A stretch of 64,000 nucleotides of DNA. Origin: an uncultured bacterium (lineage in GTDB: Bacteria > Oederibacteriota > PGYV01 > CAWJRG01). The notes below the pieces were generated by a model that saw only the letters and a list, made by a program, of their open reading frames with translations, was not told where the DNA came from and made no database searches. The stretch is from NCBI GenBank assembly GCA_963845185.1, contig CAWJRG010000010.1:512001-576000 (forward strand), read 5' to 3'. Numbering within the stretch: position 1 is the stretch's first letter; the number at the start of each line of letters is the position of its first letter. The translations under genes were made by a program, and so were the position numbers. Positions 28,221 to 38,503 of this stretch are shown one piece after another.

Positions 28221-30542
28221 TTATATATATGATACCTTGCTTTGCTTTCCTTTTTTCCCCTGATCGTCGTCTTTATCTGGTTTTTTCTCTTCAGTTTCAG
28301 CTGATTTATCGTCTTGATCTTTTATCTTTTTGAGTTCTTCGAGCTTCATTCTTGCTTCAAGGTTGTTCATGTCTTTATTAACTATTTTGTTTAAAATTTT
28401 TTCAGCCTCGCTTAATAATCCCTGTTTCATGAATATCTCAGCCGTCGTAACGGTAATAAAATCATTGCCTATATCATCATTATCAATAATTTCTTCCGTT
28501 TTATCTGCTTTCATTGTTTTTGCTTTATCAGCTTCTTTTTTCTTTCGTTCTTCGTCCTCTTTCTTTTTCTTTTCTTCCTCAACTTTTTTCTTTTGTTCCT
28601 CTTCTTTCTTTCTGTGCTCATCGGCCTCTTTCTTTTTCTTTTCTTCATCGGCTTTTTTCTTTTGTTCCTCTTCTTTCTTTCTGCGCTCCTCGTCTTCTTT
28701 CTTTTTCTTTTCTTCCTCGGTTTTTTTCTTGTATTCCTCGGCCTCTTTCTTTTTATTATCCTCCTCGGATTTTTTCTTTGCGTTTATATCCACAGGTGGC
28801 AAACCGGCGTATTTTGAATAAACAAAATTAAGTTTGTTCTTTATGTCCTGATTCCCCGGATCAAGCGATGCAGCCTGCTGGTACATTTCTATTGCCTCGT
28901 CAAAAGACCCTCCAGCCACGTAACTGTCTGCCATGGCTATTAATGCAGGAACATCTTCCGCGCTTGCTTTTACAGGCGTAACAGTATCAAATACTGTCTC
29001 TGGTATTTCTTCAATTTTCTTTAATTGCTCTTCTTTGCTTATTGCTGGGGATTTAAAAAAATCCTCCTGCATAACCGGTTCAAATTTATTCACAGGTTCT
29101 TGTTTTAACAGCTCCGGTTCTGGCGAAGTCTCAGTCCGCCTAAACGACTGGATAATTGGTTCAATAATTATTTCCTTAGCCGGCGGTTTCTCAGCTGCCG
29201 GAAAAGCCGCAGGGGGGGTAGATTGTGTAATCGGTGCCGAACCACCCATCTTTTTTGACTTATCGATTAATTTTTGATGTGCCGGATTCATTTCTTCGGC
29301 TAACTTGTAATACTCTGTTTCCTTGTCGGGTATATTTTCCTTTTTATAAATCTCGGCTATTTTTATATAAACATTTGCCGCATCATTTTTCTTTATATCC
29401 TGTGACGCATATAAATCCCCAAGTTTTTGCAGGACTTCAATATTTTCCGGATCGTGTTTTAAAACATTATTTAAAACCTCCTCGGCTTTTGCCTGCTCGT
29501 GCTTTTTTATATATATATTTGCAACCATAATGTATTTGGCAACAGCTTCCTTTTTTAATCCTTTCTGCATCTGTAATTCCGCTATCATTTCATGTGCATG
29601 GGTATTATCTTCTTCAATCTTGATAACTTTATTAAAGGTCGAAATCGCATCGTCAATCTGCCCGCTACTCTTATAAATTTCGCCCATGACTAAAATTGCA
29701 CCCACGTGATTTGCCTTGAATTTAAGCAACATTTCCAGCTCTTTTTTTGCTTCGCCGTATTCTTTCCTTTCAAACATGGCTACGCCCTTGAAATAATGGG
29801 CTTCAATACTTTTGAAATCTATCGCTTTCTGGCTGTAAAAATCTGTCTTTTCAATGTTTTTTTGTTTCCAGAAATATTCGGCGAGAAAAAGATATTCTCT
29901 TTTTGCGTCGGATTCGTTGTTTTCCTTTTCAAAAATTTCAGCAATTCGTTCATGAAGCGATATGTCATCCGGTTGCAATTCAATCATCTTCTGGAAAATC
30001 GGCAGGGCTTTTTTAAAAATACGGTTCTTAAAATAAACATCGACTATTCTTTTATAATAATTTATTGCTTCTGTTTTATTTCCAACTTTGGTATAAAGAT
30101 CCCCCAATTTCTGGTAACTTTCAAAATCGTCAGGGTTTACTTTCAAAAGTTTGAGATATGTATCTATTGCCTTATCTATTTGTTTTTCTTCCAGGAATTT
30201 TTCTGCTTCAGAATGTGTTTTAATAACTATTTGCTTTTTTCTGTCAGTTTCATTTAATTTATCTGAATCTAGTTTGGCTATTTTTTTATATATAACGGCC
30301 GCCTTGTCTGCCAGTCCTTGTTTTATATAGGCTTCAGCGGCAATAAGGTATTCCTGGTAAGCATTGCTGTCGTCTTTTTTTTTCATGTAAATGTCGCCGA
30401 GCATATTATGGACATTATAATCTGTCGGATCAAGAGTCAGTAGTTTTTTATACTCCTGTATAGCCTTATCCCATTTTCCTTCCTGGGTAAAATTATAAGC
30501 GCTCTTTACAATGTCTTTTTTGCTTTCTGCACACATAAACAC
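28221..30542 (-). CDS. Cytoplasmic TPR protein with E/K-rich helical stalk
   Basis: No signal peptide; TPR array; KKKEEE repeats; terminal TVTTAEIFMKQG TPR. Confidence 0.88.
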   Translation of the reverse strand: MFMCAESKKDIVKSAYNFTQEGKWDKAIQEYKKLLTLDPTDYNVHNMLGDIYMKKKDDSNAYQEYLIAAEAYIKQGLADKAAVIYKKIAKLDSDKLNETDRKKQIVIKTHSEAEKFLEEKQIDKAIDTYLKLLKVNPDDFESYQKLGDLYTKVGNKTEAINYYKRIVDVYFKNRIFKKALPIFQKMIELQPDDISLHERIAEIFEKENNESDAKREYLFLAEYFWKQKNIEKTDFYSQKAIDFKSIEAHYFKGVAMFERKEYGEAKKELEMLLKFKANHVGAILVMGEIYKSSGQIDDAISTFNKVIKIEEDNTHAHEMIAELQMQKGLKKEAVAKYIMVANIYIKKHEQAKAEEVLNNVLKHDPENIEVLQKLGDLYASQDIKKNDAANVYIKIAEIYKKENIPDKETEYYKLAEEMNPAHQKLIDKSKKMGGSAPITQSTPPAAFPAAEKPPAKEIIIEPIIQSFRRTETSPEPELLKQEPVNKFEPVMQEDFFKSPAISKEEQLKKIEEIPETVFDTVTPVKASAEDVPALIAMADSYVAGGSFDEAIEMYQQAASLDPGNQDIKNKLNFVYSKYAGLPPVDINAKKKSEEDNKKKEAEEYKKKTEEEKKKKEDEERRKKEEEQKKKADEEKKKKEADEHRKKEEEQKKKVEEEKKKKEDEERKKKEADKAKTMKADKTEEIIDNDDIGNDFITVTTAEIFMKQGLLSEAEKILNKIVNKDMNNLEARMKLEELKKIKDQDDKSAETEEKKPDKDDDQGKKGKQSKVSYI

Positions 30543-30639
30543 AAGCCTCTTTTTTTGTTTATTCGTATCTAAAACAGCTCTTTAAACTTTTTGCCCAAAT
30601 ATTTGTATCAAAATATTACAAAAAATATCTCTTAATAAA

Positions 30640-30668
30640 ATTATAATATAATAAAATTGAATTGTCAA
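30640..30668 (-). promoter_or_regulatory. Consensus sigma70 promoter
   Basis: TTGACA-17bp-TATAAT. Confidence 0.8.
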
Positions 30669-30810
30669 ACTTTATAAAATTATAGTGGAAATTTCCCCTT
30701 TGCTTTAAATTAATTAAAATTCAATAAAAAAAAATTATAAAAATTAACCTCAATCAATAGAAGTGAACAGTTATTGTACCTCACCCGGAGTTGTTGGATT
30801 TCTTTTTAGA

Positions 30811-31872
30811 TTATTTGTTTCTGTTTAATGCAACCATAAGCCCTTTGAAAATTCCGAGAACACCCTGTTTCCATGCAACTCTGTGGGTTATACCCGAAGC
30901 GCCCTGAACTTCAGCTTTGTGCTGCATATACCAGTTATATGCCCTGGTCAGAGCCTGAGCCTCGGTAAATTTTGGTATCCACCCCAATTTTTTTTCTGCC
31001 TTTTCAATGGAAACAAATGAATCCTTGTGCGCTGTACCGTAAACCCATTTATATAAAGGTGATATCCTTAATGCCCAGAAAATTTCAAGAAAAAAAATCA
31101 AAAGCCCTGCCGGCGTTGTCATAACCTTTGATTTTGCGCCTACAGCGTTGAAAAATTCTGTCAAATATTCCTTTATCGGCTTGGTATCTTTGGCACCTAC
31201 GTTAAAGGTATCGTTTGCCACATCTGCAGGCTTTGTGAGCATCAGGTAAATGGAATCAACCAGGTCCTCGACTTCAAGCAGTTCGTAACGGTTTTTGCCG
31301 TTGCCTATTACAGGTATTAGCGCTCCGCTTTCCACCCAGTCGTACAGTATCTGAAACACGCCTAGCCGTCCTGTGCCTATGAATGTTTTTGGCCTAACTA
31401 CAGGTACTATCATTCCCTGCTTTCTGTAATCCTCGCATAATTTTTCCGCAAGTATTTTTGTCTCACCGTACGGTCCTACTCCTACCAGCGGGTCAGTTTC
31501 ATATAGCGGATGTTTTTCAGGGACACCGTATACCGCTGTCGACGAAACATAAACTACCCTTTTGATACTGTATTTTTTTGCTGTTTCAAGCACATTTTTT
31601 GTGCCGGCAACATTGACCGAATAAATATCTTTTTTCTTCCACAAAGGAAGCGCGGCAGCACCGTGTATGACATAATCAACATTTTTTAATGCTTCTTCCA
31701 GTTTAGGCAAATCCCTTATGTCCACTTTTTTATAAATAGCATTTTTCGGATATTCCGCCGGGTTAAAATCATCAATATCTATAACAATAATTTGTTCATA
31801 TTTATCCGCAAGCTGGTTGCAGATATGGTAACCTAAAAAACCGCATCCGCCTGTAACCGCAAGTCGCGCCAT
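30811..31872 (-). CDS. NAD-dependent epimerase/dehydratase (extended SDR)
   Basis: TGGCGFLG, SSTAVYG, YGETK. Confidence 0.9.
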   Translation of the reverse strand: MARLAVTGGCGFLGYHICNQLADKYEQIIVIDIDDFNPAEYPKNAIYKKVDIRDLPKLEEALKNVDYVIHGAAALPLWKKKDIYSVNVAGTKNVLETAKKYSIKRVVYVSSTAVYGVPEKHPLYETDPLVGVGPYGETKILAEKLCEDYRKQGMIVPVVRPKTFIGTGRLGVFQILYDWVESGALIPVIGNGKNRYELLEVEDLVDSIYLMLTKPADVANDTFNVGAKDTKPIKEYLTEFFNAVGAKSKVMTTPAGLLIFFLEIFWALRISPLYKWVYGTAHKDSFVSIEKAEKKLGWIPKFTEAQALTRAYNWYMQHKAEVQGASGITHRVAWKQGVLGIFKGLMVALNRNK

Positions 31873-31904
31873 GTCAAATTACCTCCGATTTTGAAATTTT
31901 CGTA

Positions 31905-31933
31905 ATTATATATTGTTTATTTCTTAGTGTCAA
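31905..31933 (-). promoter_or_regulatory. Consensus sigma70 promoter
   Basis: TTGACA-17bp-TATAAT. Confidence 0.8.
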
Positions 31934-32038
31934 ATAGTATTGCAAACCGGAAAACCGCTTTCAAAAAGATTGGGCGCTGAAGGTTTAGGTTGCGAAAGGG
32001 ATTATTTGAAGTTTATAAAATTTAACTGTACATTATTG

Positions 32039-33187
32039 CTATAATTCCATTTTCTCAAAAACCTCGGAATATATCTTATTCCACGAAAGCCCTGACGCGA
32101 ATTCAATAGCGTTTTTAAGGCATTTCTTGTAAAACTCATCATCACTTAGAAGCTTAATGCTTGCTTTTGCCACTTCTTCCCTGTTATATTTGCATACAAT
32201 CCCCATTGGCCTCGCCTTCACTTCCTCTGCTATCCATGCCACGTCTGTAATGACTATCGGCAGGCCACAGCCCAGATATTCCTTTGGCTTTGTCGGGTCG
32301 GCAAAATATGTGTAGTTATTTGCGTCATCAATATAAGGCGCCATGCCTAACCTGTGATGGGGTATGAATTTAAACAGCGAATCATGATCCATTAATCCCA
32401 TGAATTTCACATTATCTTCGAGTTTAAGTTTCTTCACCTGGTCCCGCAGGTTTTGCTCATAAGGGCCAGTACCTATTATGAGCAGCTCAGCCTCATTCAC
32501 TTCCTTTGTAATATCCTGCATCGCTTCGATTAAAAGCTGCACTCCTTTTGTCTCGTCGAGCATGCTCATGAGTATCATTGTCTTTTTTTTCAGCTTCTCC
32601 TCAACCGTAAATTTATCGACTTTGTCAAGCTCAATGCCCACAGGTACGACAAGGTTATTGCTGCCTTTCAGCTTGAATTTTGTGTTTTTGGCGTCTGCTA
32701 TCCTTTTTGAGAGCGACCATATATAATCGCTGTGCCTGCAGGCAAATCCGTCTATGGCCTCATATAAAAAATTAAATACCGGGTTTTTAAACCGCCGCGG
32801 AGTATGGTCTATAATATAGTAAACAACCTTGCCTACTTTTCCGAATTTTTTCATGATTATGCCCGTAAGCGTGTTCAGGTTGTCAACGCCTAAAAACAGG
32901 TCGATTTTTCGTTTTTGTTTGTTGATAAACCCCATATTAAAAAACATGTCTTTTAGCCATTGCAGAAGCTGGTTTTTGCCGCGTTTATGGCCTTTTTCCT
33001 GTTTATCAAGTACGCCATTTTTATAGTAATTAACCTCAGTGCCCTGCATTTTGGTGTAGGAAAACGGATGTGTTATATATATGAATTCTCCGGTGTTAGC
33101 CGTCAGGTAATTGCGTAAAGCCTGTACCGGGCCATAAACTTCAGTCACGTGCCCGACTTCCACGATGAATTTGTTTTTTAAGTCCAT
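32039..33187 (-). CDS. Glycosyltransferase family 4
   Basis: KGVQLLI, IIGTGP, PTKPKEYLGCGLPIV. Confidence 0.88.
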   Translation of the reverse strand: MDLKNKFIVEVGHVTEVYGPVQALRNYLTANTGEFIYITHPFSYTKMQGTEVNYYKNGVLDKQEKGHKRGKNQLLQWLKDMFFNMGFINKQKRKIDLFLGVDNLNTLTGIIMKKFGKVGKVVYYIIDHTPRRFKNPVFNFLYEAIDGFACRHSDYIWSLSKRIADAKNTKFKLKGSNNLVVPVGIELDKVDKFTVEEKLKKKTMILMSMLDETKGVQLLIEAMQDITKEVNEAELLIIGTGPYEQNLRDQVKKLKLEDNVKFMGLMDHDSLFKFIPHHRLGMAPYIDDANNYTYFADPTKPKEYLGCGLPIVITDVAWIAEEVKARPMGIVCKYNREEVAKASIKLLSDDEFYKKCLKNAIEFASGLSWNKIYSEVFEKMEL

Positions 33188-33223
33188 TTGTAATCACCCA
33201 TATACTTTTCTAATTTTAAATCC

Positions 33224-33311
33224 TGTGTCTATGTATCGTTTCTCAGTTTCTGTGCCTCTGCGTCTCTTAGTCTTAAAACTAAGAAACAAAGAGACTGTAA
33301 GACTTAGAAAC
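33224..33311. repeat. Palindromic octamer-period repeat
   Basis: GTTTCTCA/GTTTCTGT/GCCTCTGC/GTCTCTTA left arm and mirrored TAAGAAAC/AAAGAGAC right arm. Confidence 0.7.
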
Positions 33312-33328
33312 TTTTTTATCTGCCGTAT

Positions 33329-34981
33329 TCAGTCTTCCATTTTTTCCAGCCGCCTTATGCCCATTTCAAGCGTAGCGGCTATAATTATAATCGAAACAAA
33401 AATAATAAGCAAAAAATTCATTTTATAATTTCCAACAAAAAACTTTTGACCTTTCATGAAACTGTATAAGTAAAAATCCCTGACAGGCCCTGCTTCGAGC
33501 CACAAAACTCCGCCTATAAATATCGACGTCACGAACATGTAAATCAGCCCCGGCGCTCCGGTGATAAATTCCTCGGCGTTTTTTATGTTAAATTTTGCAA
33601 AGTATGCGCCGAAGCCAACGCCGGCGCCCGCTACTACAACTGTAATAAAAAATGCAGAAAATACCGTCATATTCCTTATAAATACGTCTGTTTTTAAAAT
33701 TTTGACCGATATAAAAGCCACTGCCTGTCCTATTATTACAAGCGGCAGCGAGTATAACAGGAATTTATAAAATATATATTTTCTGATTGAAAAAGGTGCT
33801 GCCTTTAATATCCAGAAAGCCTGCCCCTCTATGCTGATGACAGGCAAAACAAGCCTTGAACCTATTGCTGAAAGCACAAATCCCACAAATCCGATATTTA
33901 AAAAATAAATCAGGTTTTTCAGGCTGAATAGGTCACCAGGAAGCTTCAGCATATTGAAAAGGTAAATGCTCACAAGTCCCACTAAAAAGATTATCTGTAT
34001 CCATTGTGATGTGTCCCTTATGAAATATTTCAGGTCCTTTACTATCTGGGCGTAAAAAATGCTTTCCTTTTTATAGTTGTAAGCTGTCATTGGTTTTTCC
34101 TGAGTATATATGTCTTTCTTGCCGTAACCTTCAAAATATAAGAATCTTCCCATTGTTACCACAATGAAAAAAACTATTACGGCCGCCGCGGAAAAACCAG
34201 CGAAAAAAACCAGGGAATTGATGACGCCATAAGATGTGATATTTTGTATTATTTTTATAAGCCAAGTGTGCGGTAAAAAAATGCTGTCGCTCGTTCTTAG
34301 GTTTCTCACAAAATCCATTATTGCAGTATCCGAAAGGTTTGAGCCGGTTATCTTTTCGGGCTGCAATGCCCTGAAATATATTATTATAAATACCATGAAG
34401 AGTCCGCTTAAGACCACGGCAATGTTGCGCACATTTTCAGCCGGGAAAAATTTTACCAGTAGCATGGTGATTATTATACCTGCCGAGGACAGTAATATAA
34501 AAAATGGTATATGGCTCAATAAAATCATGGCAAATTTTGCTGTGCTTACATGGAGCACTTTTCCATAAGCCCCGAAAATAGGTATGCTCATTATAAATAT
34601 CATCCAGCAGGCGTTAAAAATAATTTTTAAATATTGCATTGTAAAAATATCCTCTATTTTCATCGGCATACTGAAAAGGAAATCCATATCCCTGCTTAAA
34701 TAAAGTATGGATATTGATGCCACTATGGAAGACAAAACCGTCATTATTGAAAAGGCCATGAATATGGAAGACAGTATCTTGTTTACCAGGAAACCCCCGA
34801 TTATGGGAGCCGAATAGAAATTTTTAATGATAAAATAAAACAGCTGGTATATGAGCCAGAAAAAAGCCGAGGCAAATATCAAAACCATTACAATGCGGAT
34901 TATATCGCGTGGTGTAGGGCTCTTAAACGTATTTTTAACCTGGGTGAAATAAAACTTCAAAAGCCAGCTCAAACCCTTCAT
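33329..34981 (-). CDS. ABC-2-type exporter permease
   Basis: Many TM helices, DMDFLFSMP, SIEGQAFWILK; adjacent ATPase. Confidence 0.85.
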   Translation of the reverse strand: MKGLSWLLKFYFTQVKNTFKSPTPRDIIRIVMVLIFASAFFWLIYQLFYFIIKNFYSAPIIGGFLVNKILSSIFMAFSIMTVLSSIVASISILYLSRDMDFLFSMPMKIEDIFTMQYLKIIFNACWMIFIMSIPIFGAYGKVLHVSTAKFAMILLSHIPFFILLSSAGIIITMLLVKFFPAENVRNIAVVLSGLFMVFIIIYFRALQPEKITGSNLSDTAIMDFVRNLRTSDSIFLPHTWLIKIIQNITSYGVINSLVFFAGFSAAAVIVFFIVVTMGRFLYFEGYGKKDIYTQEKPMTAYNYKKESIFYAQIVKDLKYFIRDTSQWIQIIFLVGLVSIYLFNMLKLPGDLFSLKNLIYFLNIGFVGFVLSAIGSRLVLPVISIEGQAFWILKAAPFSIRKYIFYKFLLYSLPLVIIGQAVAFISVKILKTDVFIRNMTVFSAFFITVVVAGAGVGFGAYFAKFNIKNAEEFITGAPGLIYMFVTSIFIGGVLWLEAGPVRDFYLYSFMKGQKFFVGNYKMNFLLIIFVSIIIIAATLEMGIRRLEKMED

Positions 34982-35697
34982 TTTTCATCTGTAAGCTTGA
35001 AAAATATCTCTTCAAACTTTTTTTCCTTGTTCCTTGATTTTATTTCCTTTACGCTTCCTTCTTCTATCAAAACACCCTTGTCTATTATGCCGACTTTTGT
35101 GCATACCTCTTCTGCCGTATCGAGTGAATGCGTGGACATAAATATGGTCATGCCGGATTTCGCGAGTTTTATAAATTCGTCTTTTAGTATGCGCATACTT
35201 TTGGGGTCGAGTCCGACCATTGGCTCATCAAGAATGAAAACATCCGGCGAATGTATCAAAGACGCTACTATTAAAAGTTTCTGGCTCATGCCGTGCGAAT
35301 AACCCTGTATGAAATTGTTCATAAAGCCGGCAATGCCGAAAATTTCCGCGTACTTGTCAAGCAGTCTTTTGAAATCTTCCCTGCCAACTCCGTATAGATT
35401 TCCTATAAATTTTATGAATTCAATGCCCCTTAGTTTCTCAAACATGTAAGGTTTGTCCGGTATCAAGGCTATTTTCTTTTTATACTCAACCGGGGTTTTT
35501 ACTATGCTTAAATCCCCCATTCGGACATCGCCCTTATCTATTGTAATAAGCCCTGACATCATTTTTATTGTTGTCGTTTTGCCGGCGCCATTTGGTCCCA
35601 AAAACCCGAAGATTTCGCCCTTTTCTATTTGCAAATTAAGGCTGTTTACCGCCGTAAAATTGCCGAATTTCTTGGTTAAATTCTCGATTTCTATCAC
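34978..35697 (-). CDS. ABC transporter ATP-binding protein
   Basis: GPNGAGKTT, YSHGM, LDEPMVGLD. Confidence 0.95.
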   Translation of the reverse strand: MIEIENLTKKFGNFTAVNSLNLQIEKGEIFGFLGPNGAGKTTTIKMMSGLITIDKGDVRMGDLSIVKTPVEYKKKIALIPDKPYMFEKLRGIEFIKFIGNLYGVGREDFKRLLDKYAEIFGIAGFMNNFIQGYSHGMSQKLLIVASLIHSPDVFILDEPMVGLDPKSMRILKDEFIKLAKSGMTIFMSTHSLDTAEEVCTKVGIIDKGVLIEEGSVKEIKSRNKEKKFEEIFFKLTDEK

Positions 35698-35721
35698 TGG
35701 TTTCCTCCGTTGCTGCCTTAA

Positions 35722-36894
35722 CTATTCCGGCAATTTTACCTGCTCGTCTTTTCCTGTTTCAATCTGCTTTACCGTGGCTTCGACTGCGTCAATTTTTTTG
35801 GATGTGTCGGCATATGCAGTCTTCGCGTTTTCTATATGCTTGCCGAGAATCGAAAACTTCTCTTTGACGTCGGTTATTTTGCCCTCGAGAGTCGAAAGGG
35901 TTCTTAATATTTTTTTTGCCTCTTCCTCTATTTTCATGCCTTTAAAACCCATTGATATGACCGCCAAGTAAGCGTAAAAAGAATTCGGCGAGACCGGCAC
36001 TATCCTTGCTTCCCTCGCCGCGGCCATTACCTCCGAACTTTTCATTATTTCATAATACACGCTTTCCGCAGGCACAAACATAAAGGCAAGGTCAAGGGTT
36101 TTATCCGGTATTATGTATTTTGATTTTATGCTGTTTATGTGCTTTTTTGTCTGGCTGTAAAAATTTTTCATGGCGTCTTCCCGTTCCTTTGGGTCCAGCG
36201 ACTCGTCCGCCCCCTTTTTATAATCTTCAAGCGGGAATTTGCTGTCTATGCACAGTATTCCTTCCTTTAAATATATGACCGCGTCCACAATATTGTTTTT
36301 GTCTATATTTTTCTGCATTTCAAATTTATCAACAGGTATTATCTGCGATATTATTTGCTGCAGGGTGAACTCGCCGAAATTCCCTCGCAATTTCGGCGAC
36401 GCGAGTATATCGGACAAACCCTTGATATCCTTTCCGACTTCTATGACTGTATTTACGCTGTCGTTTACCCTCGTGAATGTCTCGGCTATTTTCTGGAAAT
36501 CCTCGCTTGAACGCTCTATTGACTTTGTGAGCTTTGCCTCAACATTTTCCCTTATTTTTTCAAGATTTTCTTCGCTTGACTTCTGCAGTTTTTCGAATTT
36601 ATCTTCGAGCGTTTTTGAGACGGCATCAAGCGTATCCTTTATTTCCTTCCTGCCGCCGGAAAGGGAGTTATGAATACTTGCCTGAACGTCGTTGAATATC
36701 TTCAGCATGGCTTCTTTATTTTCTTCCCTTACTTTTCCAATCTCGGATGTAAGCACGCTGTTAAGTGAGATTATATTTTTATTTATGTTGTCAAGATGTA
36801 CCCCCGAGGAAGCATCCGGCCTGTTTTTAAAAAGCATAAGTATTATCAGGGCTATCGCCACTATAACCAGCCCCGTCAGCACGTAAATTACCAT
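35722..36894 (-). CDS. rmuC: DNA recombination protein RmuC
   Basis: N-terminal TM plus coiled coil, RGNFGE, IDSKFP, MFVPAES. Confidence 0.92.
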   Translation of the reverse strand: MVIYVLTGLVIVAIALIILMLFKNRPDASSGVHLDNINKNIISLNSVLTSEIGKVREENKEAMLKIFNDVQASIHNSLSGGRKEIKDTLDAVSKTLEDKFEKLQKSSEENLEKIRENVEAKLTKSIERSSEDFQKIAETFTRVNDSVNTVIEVGKDIKGLSDILASPKLRGNFGEFTLQQIISQIIPVDKFEMQKNIDKNNIVDAVIYLKEGILCIDSKFPLEDYKKGADESLDPKEREDAMKNFYSQTKKHINSIKSKYIIPDKTLDLAFMFVPAESVYYEIMKSSEVMAAAREARIVPVSPNSFYAYLAVISMGFKGMKIEEEAKKILRTLSTLEGKITDVKEKFSILGKHIENAKTAYADTSKKIDAVEATVKQIETGKDEQVKLPE

Positions 36895-36897
36895 ATT

Positions 36898-37641
36898 CTA
36901 TTCACCCTTTATTTCTTTTTCAATTTCCTGCTCAATGTCGTCTGTAATGAAAAACTTCTGCCTGAATCGTTTTATTATTGCCGGGATAAAAAAGGAAAAA
37001 ATAAAAAGTAAAAAAGGCAGTATTATGTCAGGCCTGAAAAAATCACCAAGCTGCTTATGGTGCAGCAGCAGGTCTTTTATCGCGCCCACAAAAAATGTGA
37101 TTACTACAAGTCCTGGTATTATGCCTACAAAAGTTGACCAGAAAAATGATTTGAACTTTATTTTTGAGAGGCCTGCTGCAAAATTCAGGTAAGTGAAAGG
37201 CACGAACATGAGCCTTAAATAAATCAGTATGCTGAACCCGTGTTCTTCGATTTTATCGTCGAATCTTTTAAAACGCCCGCTTTGCAGGATTTTAGCCGCG
37301 AAATCCCTGAGCAGGTACCTTGCCATTAAAAAAGAAAGAACCCCGCCGATATTTGCGCCTATTATGTTAAGGAGCATGCCGTACCATTGCCCGAATACGA
37401 CGGCGCCGATTGATGTGAACACGCTGGCAGGTACAAAAAAAATAATGCTCAAAGAATAAAGCAGTATGAAAACAAATGGAGCCCAGGGGCCCAGCCTGGT
37501 CATATATGTAGAAAATTTTTCGATAAATATGTCCCTGCCCTGACTTGTCAGTAAATAATAGGAAACCGGTGAAAACTTCAGCAGATAAATGACAAGCGCA
37601 ATAAAAAATGCGACTAAAATTACCCTCAGGCCTTTTTTCAT
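36898..37641 (-). CDS. TVP38/TMEM64 (DedA superfamily) membrane protein
   Basis: FVPAS..T, FLMARY, RLMFVPF..NFAAGL, GIIPG. Confidence 0.9.
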   Translation of the reverse strand: MKKGLRVILVAFFIALVIYLLKFSPVSYYLLTSQGRDIFIEKFSTYMTRLGPWAPFVFILLYSLSIIFFVPASVFTSIGAVVFGQWYGMLLNIIGANIGGVLSFLMARYLLRDFAAKILQSGRFKRFDDKIEEHGFSILIYLRLMFVPFTYLNFAAGLSKIKFKSFFWSTFVGIIPGLVVITFFVGAIKDLLLHHKQLGDFFRPDIILPFLLFIFSFFIPAIIKRFRQKFFITDDIEQEIEKEIKGE

Positions 37642-37647
37642 TATTTT

Positions 37648-37806
37648 TTAAATCTTTTCAAAATCCGATTTTGCGGCACCGCACTCCGGGCATGACCAGG
37701 AATCTGGTATTTGTTCGAACGCCGTGCCTGGGGCTACGCCGTTGTCCGGGTCTCCCTTGGCAGGGTCATAAACATATCCGCAAACAGTGCATTTGTATTT
37801 GTTCAT
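37648..37806 (-). CDS. Rubredoxin
   Basis: [12 protein letters not shown]...[11 protein letters not shown]; start MNKY after AAGGAG. Confidence 0.96.
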   Translation of the reverse strand: MNKYKCTVCGYVYDPAKGDPDNGVAPGTAFEQIPDSWSCPECGAAKSDFEKI

Positions 37807-37840
37807 CGTATCTCCTTGTTGTTTAGCAATTTGCTGAATT

Positions 37841-37997
37841 GTCATTGCGAGCGACCAGCAGGAGCGAAGCAATCTCGTTTTTGCCTTTAGATGCGGGATT
37901 ATTTCGTCGCTTCGGGGTAGTTTTTATATCCTCTATAACGGACATGATGTAACTACCCGTTAAAAAGTCCACTGGACTTTTTAACTCTCGTAATGAC
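37841..37997. repeat. GTCATTGCGAG-type palindromic element carrying a nested double-hairpin element (copy 2, 37915-37985, inverted)
   Basis: Arms GTCATTGCGAG...GAAGCAATCTC and GATTATTTCGTCGCTTCG[insert]CTCGTAATGAC; uninterrupted half copy at 52421. Confidence 0.8.
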
Positions 37998-38075
37998 ACC
38001 TAAAAAAATTTTCCAGAACACTGTTAGATTTTAAAAGAAATTTATATTCGGGATTTTTATCGTACTTTAAATATA

Positions 38076-38411
38076 TTAGATTCCTACCTGTTTTTCCGCA
38101 AAATCCCCGGCATACGGCAGCTTAAATTTATTCCCCTTATATGCCTCGTACATAAGGACTATCCATAAAACCATTGAAAAAACTATCAATAAAAGCGCTA
38201 TGAGTTGTCCAAGTATGGGTAGTATATTCACGATTGTCATTGCGATAAAAATAGGGAGAAAAGTTGCTATTGACTGCATTGCGTGAAACCTGACAAACTT
38301 ATTTTCTTTTTCTACTATGAGAAAAACGATCCCTGTAATCCAGCCCAGGGAATAGCACAACAAAGCTTCCAGATTTTGGGATATTCCCATCTGTGTTTTA
38401 TTTTCTTCCAT
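38076..38411 (-). CDS. DUF4870-family membrane protein
   Basis: ALLCYSLGWITGIVFL.EKENKFVRFHAMQS. Confidence 0.85.
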   Translation of the reverse strand: MEENKTQMGISQNLEALLCYSLGWITGIVFLIVEKENKFVRFHAMQSIATFLPIFIAMTIVNILPILGQLIALLLIVFSMVLWIVLMYEAYKGNKFKLPYAGDFAEKQVGI

Positions 38412-38424
38412 GTTTTTACCTCCG

Positions 38425-38496
38425 GATGTTTAAAGTCCGCTGTTTCCTGTTTAATGTTTAAAACATTAAACTTCAACCCTTCAACTTCAAACTGGT
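38425..38496. repeat. Palindromic heptamer-period repeat
   Basis: GTTTAAA/GTTTAAT left arm, TTAAAC/TTCAAC right arm. Confidence 0.65.
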
Positions 38497-38503
38497 TTTA
38501 CAG

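Noticed and set aside
28330..28831. Ser/Phe-rich + strand ORFs
   Set aside because: Antisense shadows of the E/K repeat in the TPR gene.
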